The notes beneath the pieces were generated by a model. That model saw nothing but the letters and a program-made list of their open reading frames with translations, did not search any database and was not told where the DNA came from. This document shows positions 54,399 through 64,000 of a DNA stretch of 64,000 bases, piece after piece. Each line of letters begins with the position of its first letter. Position 1 is the first letter of the stretch. The stretch comes from Dictyostelium discoideum (taxonomy: Eukaryota): positions 1,824,001 through 1,888,000 of the forward strand of contig CM000151.3 of assembly GCA_000004695.1 (NCBI GenBank). The letters are read 5' to 3'. The position numbers and the translations under genes were made by a program.

Positions 54399-56673
54399 AT
54401 GAAAATTATTATATTATTTTTTATATTATATTTAGTTTCTGTTACGCTCGGAGTTTTAATTGAACCAGTTTTCAAGGGCAAATATTTAATATTTAAAAAT
54501 AATTTTAAAAATTCTTTTGATGGCAATCTAATTCACCATTATTATCAGATACACATGCCAACACTTGACCATGTAAATTTTTAGCAATATCAATTGTCAT
54601 GACAGCAGCGCATGTTCTTGTTGTGCTATTATTTTTACATTCAAAAACCAAGTCATAGATAAAATCTTGAAAATTTCATTTTTGAAAATATGTACTATCA
54701 ATATCATATGTATATTCCAATGATTGTTTTGTAATTTTAAAATCTGAAATTAAAATAAAATTATTAGAAAAAATTAGTGTTGGAGATATCGATATCTTTT
54801 AAAAAAACACAATGTATCGACAAATGATTTATCCTATTTAGTTTTTTATCGACTCAATTTTTAAAAACAAATAAAATGAGGTAGTTATTAATTTTAAATT
54901 ATTTTGTTAAAAAAATGCAACTCTTTTTTTTTTTTTTAGGTAATCCTTTAGGTGACTCAATAGATGCTACAAATTTATTACTCGATTATAAAGGTGGTTG
55001 TGGTACGAGAATAATTCAGTGGCCAAACGGTTATAAATATAGCTTTAATCATTCTAATCCAGTAATTGATAATATCTCTATTGAAAGCTCATCTTTTATA
55101 TCACTTGGTCATAATTTTTGTAATAGTCCCGAGTCAATTCAAGTTTATTTAGATGGTGTTCAAATTGATAAATCAAAAATAAAATAAAATCAATTGATCA
55201 TGAACAATTTGAAATTATTTACAGTCAAGAACATTCAAAATCCATCATTGTGAAAATTGTCTCTGGTGGACTTGAATCAAACAAATTCAAATTAGACTAC
55301 AAACCAATGCCATTAAAAATTAATAGTGTTCCAAGATTAAAAGGTGGTTCAATTACAATAATTGGTGAAAGATTATCATCACAAGTAAATAATTCAACAA
55401 TCATTGTTAAAATTGGTCAATATGATTGTAAAAATGTAATCTCATCAAAAAATGAAATTCTATGTAATTTAGAATCGGTTTCAAATGTTGAAAAAGTCAA
55501 ATTGGTAGATTTACCAGTTAATATCTCAATAAATGGCATTTTTAATGAAAATAATTTATTATTCTCATTCGATACTCCAATAATATCAGATTTTATACTT
55601 CCTCAAGGTGAAGTTAAATTAGTTGGCCATTGTTTTGGTTATTCACAAATAACTCAAATTAATATTGACAATGTATTACAATCCAACATAACAATTAATA
55701 TAAATGAAAAAGAAACAACACTTTTATTTAAGCCAATTCTTCCAATTAAAAAATCAAAGTTATATATAATTGTCAATGGTACAAAATCAAATACTATTGA
55801 AATTGATTCATCATTTTTTGTAAAAAGTGTTCCATCATCACCTTCAGTAAATGGCCAAACTGTAAACTTTACACTTTTCAATATAAACACAAATAATTTT
55901 AATGCAACACCAATTATGACTTTTCAAGATAATAGTTCAATTAAATCAACTGATTATAAAAATTCAAATGAATATTCCACTCATATATACTCTTTTGAAA
56001 TTCCAAAAAGTTGTGGTAGAAATGAAATTACAATAAACAAGTTTACAATTGTTCATTTATAAAATATAAATCTATCTCTTGTGATATTAAATTAGAAGGT
56101 CCGTTTGATCAACTTTGTAAAATCAAATTTAATGGTAAAGATGAGGAGAACAACATTTCAATATCATATTATCCTCCATTAGTATTAAATTCAACAACGA
56201 TTTCAAATTCATCGATTGGTGGAATTATTACAATTTTTGGTAATGAATTTTATAATGAAATTGATTTAATTACAGTTGGTAAAAGCAAATGTTTAAACTC
56301 TACATTTATAAATTCAACATCAATTTCATGTTTTGTGGAACCTTCAAATTTTATTATTAATCAAGCCAAACAACAACAACAACAACAATATGTTAACATT
56401 ACAATTAATGGTAAAAGTGGTGGCAATAATTTAAATATTTATTTTGATAATTCATTTATTGAAGTTAAAAATTAATCAAGCGAAAATGATAAAAACAACA
56501 ACAACAACAACAATGGTAGAAATAAAATTAATGATGATAGTAAAACTGATGGTAGAAGTTTGTATGAAAAATATAAAAAATATTTTATAGCACCTATAAT
56601 AATCGTTAGTTTGTCATTAATTATAGTTGCCTTTAAACTTATACTTTACTTTAATAGAAAAAATGGGCTGTAG
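54399..56673 (+). pseudogene. IPT/TIG-domain cell-surface protein pseudogene (Tgr/Tiger-like architecture: signal peptide, several IPT/TIG repeats, TM, short tail), disrupted by at least 2 frameshifts and an in-frame stop before the TM segment
   Basis: The signal-peptide ORF is 54399.. (MKIIILFFILYLVSVTLG). IPT-like modules read GGSITIIGERLSS...CKNVISSKNEILCNL and [44 protein letters not shown]. The coding segments 54915..55187, ~55196..56062 and ~56040..56475 lie in three different frames with no GT..AG introns between them. A TAA at ~56473 is followed in the same frame by ...YFIAPIIIVSLSLIIVAFKLILYFNRKNGL* (TM plus tail). Confidence 0.5.
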
Positions 56674-56747
56674 TCTATTGGAAATATATTATAAAAGAGA
56701 AAATAAAAAAATTTAAAAATAGAAAAGAGCAAAAATGTATAGATGGT

Positions 56748-57083
56748 ATGAGAGAAATATTAAATAATGCAGAGAAAAATTTTCCTGACATAAAATTAGA
56801 TAATGTAATAACTTATAAAAAGTATAAAATGCCACAAGAAAAAAGTGTAGAAGGAGAACTAAAAGAACAAGCACCTCCTCTAAGTGAATATGACCAATTT
56901 CCAAGTTATTATTTACATTCACCAAAAGATTCACAACCTTCAAATCAAATTGAAACTTTACCAAAAGATTCACCTCCTCCAAATCAAAATGAAAAATTAA
57001 CAGAAGATTCATTACCACCTTCAAATCAAATTGAAACGTTACCAGAAGATTCATCACCACCTCCAAATCAAACTGAAAAATAA
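56748..57083 (+). CDS. hypothetical small protein (111 aa) with tandem P/S/Q-rich ~12-aa repeats (SQPSNQIETLPKDS / SLPPSNQIETLPEDS)
   Basis: Track ORF. The repeats are seen directly. It could instead be an additional degraded tail fragment of the upstream pseudogene. Confidence 0.3.
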   Translation: MREILNNAEKNFPDIKLDNVITYKKYKMPQEKSVEGELKEQAPPLSEYDQFPSYYLHSPKDSQPSNQIETLPKDSPPPNQNEKLTEDSLPPSNQIETLPEDSSPPPNQTEK

Positions 57084-57293
57084 CAGACAATTCATCATCT
57101 CGAGATGGACCATCAAGCTCTTCATAATTTCTTTTTTTTCTTTACTGGACCACTTTCTGTATTTTTAATAATTACAGATTGGAACCCACCAAAGCTATTA
57201 CTATTATTATTATTGTTGTTGTTGTTGTTATTATTTGTAGTATTCATACCACTTGCAAGATCTGCTAATGGGTCAAATACCATTGGTTTATTA

Positions 57294-57531
57294 TTAATCG
57301 ATTAAAGTTGGTTGTTGTTGTTGGGATGATTGGAAATTTGGTGTTGCTGGTGAAGGTCCACTTCCACTTGCTGCTCTTGGTCTACTTCTTTCGCCAGATG
57401 CTGCATTTGGATTATTTTGGATATGTATTATATAATCCAAAAGCCATAAAAAAAAAATAAAACTCACCTGCTCTATTACTATAATTTTCATATTCTGCTC
57501 TAGTATTACTATATGGATCCGAATCATATGA

Positions 57532-57581
<50 letters not shown>

Positions 57582-57884
57582 AACCTTCATCTCTACCATT
57601 GAAAGAGTCTCTTCTGGTTGTTTCTCTTTGGTTACCACCATATGAATATCTTTGGTTACCACCATATGAATCTCTTTGATTACCACCATATGAATCTCTT
57701 TGATTACTACCATATGAATCTGAATCATAACCACCACCATATGAGCCACCTCCATAACCAAAGTCACTGTTATCATTACCAATACCAACATATTTATTTT
57801 GGTTAGTCTTTGCTTTATCTCTTTCCTCTTTAATTCTTTGATCATCTTGTAATAAATCAATAACTTGTTTTGCTCTTTCACGAA
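57294..57884 (-). other. orphan 3' gene fragment: two exons (57884..57468, 57400..57294) encoding an ENTH-domain-like terminal helix followed by SYGGNQRD repeats, poly-N and a C-terminal tail; no possible start codon upstream
   Basis: The correct frame (not the track frame) reads ..VRERAKQVIDLLQDDQRIKEERDKAKTNQNKYVGIGNDNSDFGYGGGSYGGGYDSDSYGSNQRDSYGGNQRDSYGGNQRYSYGGNQRETTRRDSFNGRDEGYGN(12)SYDSDPYSNTRAEYENYSNRAG | AASGERSRPRAASGSGPSPATPNFQSSQQQQPTLID*. The donor is GCAG|GTGAGT and the acceptor TGCAG. The upstream acceptor is TTTTAAAAG at ~57886. The 165 bp between this exon and the stop of the next minus-strand gene contains no ATG on the minus strand. Confidence 0.5.
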
Positions 57885-58059
57885 CTTTTAAAATAAATTG
57901 TTTATTTAAAAAAATATTTTGTTATTATGTGAATTCAATTTTTAAAAAATAATGAAAAAAAAAAAAAAAGGATGTAAATATTGATGATAATACTAAACTT
58001 TAAACAAAGGATCTTTTAATAAAAAAAAAGACACAAACCACTTTTTTTGTTTTTTTAAT

Positions 58060-59429
58060 TTATTTTGAATTAATTAAAAGATTATAAACTACAAATGATT
58101 TGGTTTGATCTTTTTTAAAATTAGGAATACTTTCAATTGCTTTTACGATTTGAGCTTCAGATATTTTAAAACCCATTTGATTAATAAAGAATTCGACAAT
58201 ATAAAATTGATCCCAACTAATAGCATGTTCCAATAATAAAGATAATTCTTTTTGAGTGTAAATTGAATTATTATTTGAAAGTTTCTTTGTTAAAACTCTA
58301 CGATATTGTTGATCATAAAATAAATGTTGAATTATTCTTAACCAACCATTTTTAATTACACCCTTTAAAAATTCGAATAGAGTTTCTTTGGCACTTTCAA
58401 TACTCACTTCAAAATCGGTACCATCAAATATTGGAAAATAAAATTCATTTAATAGTTTACATAATAAATTGATATCACCACTTTTTTTTACCCAATCTAA
58501 TAATTCCAAAATAACTTGATAATAGGGAGATGGATAACGTGGAATTCGATAATTATTTTCAAAAATCCATTTATTATTAATTTTATCATTTGAGAATATT
58601 GATTTTATACTATTATTATTATTATTATCTAATTTATTTGATATGAATAAACCAATATAATAACCTTTTGAAATTGTAAATCTACCAGATATTAAATCTT
58701 CATATCTAAAATTAAACATCCAATCAAGTAATTTAATTTTATTTGAATTCATATAATTATCATTTAAATGATCATTAAATTCCATTCTATTATTAGTTTT
58801 ACTAAGGATGGTTATTATATCATCAATATCTAATCTTGGATTTCTATTGATTTCTAAATAATGTGTAATTGCATCTTCTGTATATTTATAAATTCCAATT
58901 GGTTTATTAATTATATATGCTGCTGTTTTAATTAAATTTGATCTTTCAAAATTACTGTTATTTTCTTCAAGAATATTTTTTGAAAATGGTAATAATAAAT
59001 CTATATTACTATTGCTATTATTATTATTATTATTATTATTATCACTACTATTACTATTATTATTATTAGTAATTCCTAATAATTGTTCAAATCTTTCTAA
59101 TAAATCAATTCTACCTAGTGAATACCATGATACCATATCTTGAACTCTTTTAAAGAAACTATTTAAATGGTGAAAACAATAATCTAACATTTTAATTGAT
59201 TTAATATGTCTATGAAAATATGAAAATGATGAAAGGTATCCCTGATGTAATGCCATCATTGACTCTTTTTCAAGTACTTTTATTATATTAGAACAATTAT
59301 TATTAACAATACTATCCTCACCACCATATCCTTTAATTGCGATTTCAAGTAACTCTAAATCATCATATGATATTAATAAATGAAATATTGTGAATACTGA
59401 TAAATTTGACCATTCCTTATTCTTATTAT

Positions 59430-59525
<96 letters not shown>

Positions 59526-60034
59526 GATCATTTATTGCATTATTTATAAATTGAATTCTTTGTTTTTTACTATGACAATTTGAAAATAAAATATATGGAT
59601 ATTCTTCACCATGATTACTAACAGATTTGAAATTTTTAAAAATAGGTGGTAACACTTTTGAATCACCATAATGGTTAACTATAAATTTAAATAATTCGTA
59701 ATTTCCATACTCTAATGAAATAATTAAAAAGTATTCCCTTGGATATGGACTAGATGGAAGATGTGCTTTAAATATATCTTTATCAAAATCTAAATTAAAT
59801 ACTATTCTAATTTCAATTTGTTGAATAATTGTTCTACGAATTGGACTTTTTTCTTCACAAAAATCAATTAACTTTTTAATATTTGCTGTAGTTTGTTGAT
59901 AATTATTATTATTACTATCTTCATCATTTATTAACTTTGGTATTATTGATTTTATTTGAAGTTTAAGTTGAGAATTTGATAATTTTGATTTAATTTCATT
60001 AATTAATGGTACAATCAAATTTAAATCATCATTG

Positions 60035-60075
<41 letters not shown>

Positions 60076-60567
60076 TATATATGAAATTGAATAACAATAA
60101 TTTATTAAATCATTAATTGTAAATTTAGTTATATTAGTGGTACTTTTAATATTTATTTTAATTAAATCATCAAAAAGATTTTTTGTAACTACAGAAGATT
60201 GTAAAAAAAGGTAATTTAAAAATTTATATCTTTTTGGCGGATTTGAACGATGAGAATTTCCATTTGATTGGTTTATTAATAAATTTGTTAATAAACCTTT
60301 AATAATACAATTAGTTTTATCAGTATAAGTTTCCCAAAAATATTTAAACATTTTTAAATGTGAATGTATATTTATTAAATTTAAAATGTTTACCAACGAT
60401 TGTTCTTTTATTTTCCCATTTTTAGGTCCAAATTTACAATAGTTAAAATAATTATCTAATAAAACTTGAAATCCTTGAAAATTACCCACCTCTATTAATT
60501 CTTTTAAAACTTTTTTAAAACTAATAAAATATTTACCATAATTTCTAAATAACAATTCAAAGAATTC

Positions 60568-60666
<99 letters not shown>

Positions 60667-61245
60667 TGTTGGTGCATTTGTTTCTTTTTTATTTGATTTA
60701 TATTCTTTTTGAATATTAATAAATATATTTAAATACCATTCGGATTGTGGACAACGACCATCATAATAATAATTTCCAATTATTGGTTCATTTCTTTTGA
60801 TTTTATCTTTTAATAAATTTAAATAACCATTATTTAAAATCCAATCAATGTAAATTAAATCATCATATGAGTGATATTTACAATTTAAATTACCAAATAT
60901 GGTTTTAAATAAGATTTTATTTTTAAAAACTCTCCAAAATAATTGTTCATGTTTTTCAATATCTTTGATTGGTAATTGATAAATGCTACTATTAAATTTA
61001 TTAATTAATTTCTCTTTTGTTAATTCTTGTTTAATATTTCTTGAATCGTTCACAAATTTCTTTATTCTTTCAATTATTTCACTTTTTCTACCATTTGCTT
61101 TTAATTTTAATGTTTTTGCAACTTTTATTAATTCTCTACTTGATTTTGATTCTAATGATTCCATATCAATATCTTCTTTATTAGTGTCTAAATTATTTAT
61201 ACTATCATTCTCTTTTTTAAATTCATCTGTCTCATTATTTATCAT
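58060..61245 (-). CDS. lineage-specific SAP-domain protein (1061 aa) with poly-N tracts; paralog of 45111..49250
   Basis: The N-terminal SAP motif is SRELIKVAKTLKLKANGRKSEIIERIKKFV. The shared family motif is EQLFWRVFKNKILFKTIF. The ORF is unspliced with an ATG at 61245. Confidence 0.8.
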
Positions 61246-61679
61246 TTCAATTCAAAGTTTATTTGGGGTGGAATTGAAAAAAAAAAAAATGATCAAAAAA
61301 AAAAAAAAAAAGTAAAATAAAAAAAAAAAAAAATAATGAAAATAAAAAAAATTTAAGAATTAATTTAAAAAAAAAAAAATATTAAAGATCTAAAATAACC
61401 ACGATATTAAAAACACCCGACGATAACCCATACTGCCATCTCTTCATTTACTGTACCAAAATCAGACACATTATAATATTCCGATTCTCTCTGAAAACAT
61501 TTGTAACAATACCCGCAATCCTCATTTACCATCCACAACACATTAAAACAAAAGTGGAGCTCTCTACACATTAACACTTCCTTCTCCCTCATTAACTACA
61601 AACTAAAACATTACACTCTAAAACAAAAATTAAATAACAAACAATAAGCAAAGGAATATTACCTTACATTAGAAATTTA

Positions 61680-62350
61680 TTTATTTTTTATTAATTAAAA
61701 GATTATAAACTACAAATGGTTTAGCTTCATCTTTTTCAGAATTTATAATTGCCTTTGCGATTTGAGGTTCAGTTATTTTAAACCCATTTGATCAACAAAG
61801 AATTCGGCAATATAAAATTGATCCCAACTAATAGCATGTCTCAATAATAAAGATAATTCTGTTTGAGTGTAAATTGAATTATTACTTGAAAGTTTCTTTG
61901 TTAAAACTCTACGATATTGTTGATCATAAAATAAATGTTGAATTATTCTTAACCAACCATTTTTAATTACACCCTTTAAAAATTCGAATAGAGTTTCTTT
62001 GGCACTTTCAATACTCACTTCAAAATCGGTACCATCAAATATTGGAAAATAAAATTCATTTAATAGTTTACATAATAAATTGATATCACCACTTTTAAAA
62101 GCCAATCGATGTCATTTATATCATCATATGAGTGATATTTACAATTTAAATAATTAAATATGGTTTTAAATAAAATTTTATTTTTAAAAACTCTCCAAAT
62201 TCTTTCAATTATTTCACTTTTTCTACCATTTGCTTTTAATTATAAAGTTTTTGCTACTTTTGTTAATTATTAACCAGATTTTGATTCTAATGATTCCATA
62301 TCAATATCTTCTTCATTATTATTATAATCTGTCTCATTATTTATCATTTA
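61680..62350 (-). pseudogene. mosaic relic copy of the adjacent SAP-domain gene: 3' ~450 bp plus two short internal pieces plus 5' ~200 bp (including start-codon region and upstream flank), collapsed by internal deletions
   Basis: Track ORF 61773..62105 (MAFKSGDINLLCKLLNEFYFPIFDGTDFEVSIESAKETLFEFLKGVIKNGWLRIIQHLFYDQQYRRVLTKKLSSNNSIYTQTELSLLLRHAISWDQFYIAEFF...) is >90% identical to the C-terminus of 58060..61245. The DNA then continues with matches to ~60830..60960 and ~61060..61265 of the parent locus. Confidence 0.7.
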
Positions 62351-62872
62351 AGTTCAAAGTTTATTTGGTTTGTGGAATTAAAAAAAAAAAAAAAAAAAAA
62401 AAATTTTATGTTTTGGTGGAAATAAAAAAAAAATAATTAAAGCCCCAAGAAACTCAAAAGCGCCAAAAGTTAACTTGGTGTATTAATGAAAAAAAACCAT
62501 GATATTTAATAAGGGGAGTCGAATAGAAAATAAAAAAATATAAGTAAAAAAAATAAAAAAAAAGAGGCGACAAACCAACCAGCGTCGCATAAAATTACTT
62601 TTCACCACTTTAATGCTGAAATTTTTACATTCAACCTTAATATTTAAACAAACAAAAATTGAAAAACAGAGCGGTTATTTTGATTTGAATAAGAAAATTA
62701 TGACCAAAAATAAATAGATAAATATTTTATTAAACATAAAAAAAAAAAGTAAAAAAAAAAAGTAAAAAAAAATAAAAATAAAGATAATAATAAATAGAAA
62801 AAATAAATTACAAGATTGTTTTTTTTTTTTTTTTTTTTTATTTGTTGAGTAACTTTTAAAACTTCAAACTAT

Positions 62873-63127
62873 TTAAAAGAAATGACCATGATGTCCGTGG
62901 TGTCCATGGTGACCATGATGACCATGATGGTGGCTAGTTTCGATGACAACATTGGTTGGTGGATAAACTACTGGAGCACCCATAACGACTTGTGGTTGAA
63001 CCATCATTGGTGGTTGACCATAAACTGGCATTGGTTGAACCATTGGTTGGACAATTGGGGTAGTTGTGTAAGTAACGTGTTCGTGGTGACCGTGATGACC
63101 GTGATGATGATGACCGTGTGGAGGCAT
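62873..63127 (-). CDS. small histidine-rich protein (84 aa), family member 2
   Basis: MPPHGHHHHGHHGHHEHVTYTTTPIVQPMVQPMPVYGQPPMM...ETSHHHGHHGHHGHHGHHGHFF. It has the same architecture as 51234..51548. Confidence 0.7.
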   Translation of the reverse strand: MPPHGHHHHGHHGHHEHVTYTTTPIVQPMVQPMPVYGQPPMMVQPQVVMGAPVVYPPTNVVIETSHHHGHHGHHGHHGHHGHFF

Positions 63128-63721
63128 TTTGTTTTATATTATATTTATTTAATGTTTGAAAAAATTTAATGAATGAATGAAAAAAAAAAAAATAAGTTTT
63201 TATATTGTTTTTTTTATTTTATTATTTTTTTTTTTTAATAATTTTTTTTTTTTTTTCAAAAAATCAAGTGACGTCAAAAAAAGATTTTTTTAATATTTCG
63301 AAAGAAAATTAAAAATTTGGGAGTTTAAAAAAAAACAAAAATTCGAAAATAAAAAGATATTTTTTTTTGTTTTTTATTTCACAATTATTTTTTCTCAAAA
63401 TTAAATTATCAAAATGTTATAACTTTAATTTTTGACCTGATTAAAATTAATTTTATTATATTTTATTTTATTTTTAGAATTTTTTAAAAAAAAAAAAAAA
63501 AAAAAAGTTTAATTTTTACCAATTTTCTCAATTTCTCTTTTTTTGTTTAGGAATATAGGGTTTTAGATTTCATTTAATATAACAATAAATATAAAAATTA
63601 AAAAATAAAATAATAGGTTTTTTTTATTATTATTTTTTTATTTTAGGTAATAATTAATTATAATACAAAGTTTTTTTTTTTTATTTTTGTTTTTGTTGAA
63701 AACTTTTGTTATTTGAATAAT

Positions 63722-63991
63722 TTAGTGGTGACCATGATGACCGTGGTGGTGATGATCATGATGACCATGATGGCCATGGTGATGATGATGTCCATGGTGG
63801 TGACCAGTTTCTAAGACAATTGTAGCTTGTGGATAAACTACTGGTGGTTGAACATAAACTGGTTGGACAACTGGTGGTGGTGCATAAATTGGTTGAACAA
63901 CTTGTGGTGGTGCATAAACTGGAGTGATTGTAATATGTTCATGGTGACCATGGTGACCATGGTGATGATGATGATGACCGTGTGGAGGCAT
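63722..63991 (-). CDS. small histidine-rich protein (89 aa), family member 3
   Basis: MPPHGHHHHHHGHHGHHEHITITPVYAPPQVVQPIYAPPPVVQPVYVQPPVVYPQATIVLETGHHHGHHHHHGHHGHHDHHHHGHHGHH, with an ATG at 63991. Confidence 0.7.
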   Translation of the reverse strand: MPPHGHHHHHHGHHGHHEHITITPVYAPPQVVQPIYAPPPVVQPVYVQPPVVYPQATIVLETGHHHGHHHHHGHHGHHDHHHHGHHGHH

Positions 63992-64000
63992 TATGTTGTT

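Noticed and set aside
54915-56062. Treating 54915..55187 and 55250..56062 as separate small genes
   Set aside because: They are contiguous IPT/TIG-domain sequence in shifted frames with no intron signals between them. They are better explained as one disrupted gene.
57294-57881. Track ORF translation MKEQNKLLIYYKMIKELKRK... (195 aa)
   Set aside because: It is the wrong frame. The convincing frame is offset and spliced (see the ENTH-like fragment). The + strand ORF 57618..57806 (HHMN repeats) is the antisense of the SYGGNQRD repeat.
61407-61592. Minus-strand 61-aa Cys-containing ORF
   Set aside because: It has no codon-usage or compositional resemblance to Dictyostelium genes and sits in a likely non-coding island. 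It is kept only as part of the anomalous-island finding.

Overview
This window reads as Dictyostelium discoideum nuclear DNA. It is about 75-80% AT with long poly(A)/poly(T) intergenic tracts and coding low-complexity poly-N, poly-Q and poly-T runs. Introns are short and AT-rich with GTAAGT/GTAAAT donors. A tRNA gene carries a downstream external B box, and a complete DIRS-1 tyrosine-recombinase retrotransposon is present. There are about 27 protein-coding genes, most unspliced or with one to two small introns. The most striking locus is at 17.7-21.8 kb: a terpene synthase gene and a cytochrome P450 gene are divergently transcribed from a shared ~0.58 kb intergenic region, and a deleted terpene-synthase relic lies on the far side of the P450. 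This is a compact terpenoid biosynthetic gene pair. The mobile DNA comprises the full-length DIRS-1 (4.75 kb, inverted terminal repeats, gag-like ORF, RT/RNase H ORF, overlapping YR-recombinase ORF) and a tRNA-Gln(UUG) gene with a probable TRE5-class retroelement ending ~49 bp upstream of it. Other genes are: a POT/PTR2 oligopeptide transporter; a sphingosine-kinase-type lipid kinase; a molybdenum-cofactor sulfurase; a small Tim9/Tim10-family protein; a DRAM/Frag1-family membrane protein; two tandem SAYSvFN-domain paralogs; a giant low-complexity protein with an Sgf11-type C2HC zinc finger and an AT-hook; an ankyrin-repeat protein; two inverted cysteine-rich secreted paralogs ~21 kb apart; a lineage-specific SAP-domain gene with a paralog and a mosaic relic copy; an IPT/TIG surface-protein pseudogene; an orphan ENTH-like 3' gene fragment; and three members of a small His-rich (HGHH-repeat) protein family. 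There are no rRNA genes and no CRISPR arrays, as expected for a eukaryote. Exon boundaries worked out by hand are approximate (about +/-2 bp, because homopolymer runs are hard to count by eye). Coordinates taken from the ORF track are exact. The track evidently accepts TTG/GTG as starts, so several track 'M' residues are not real start codons.
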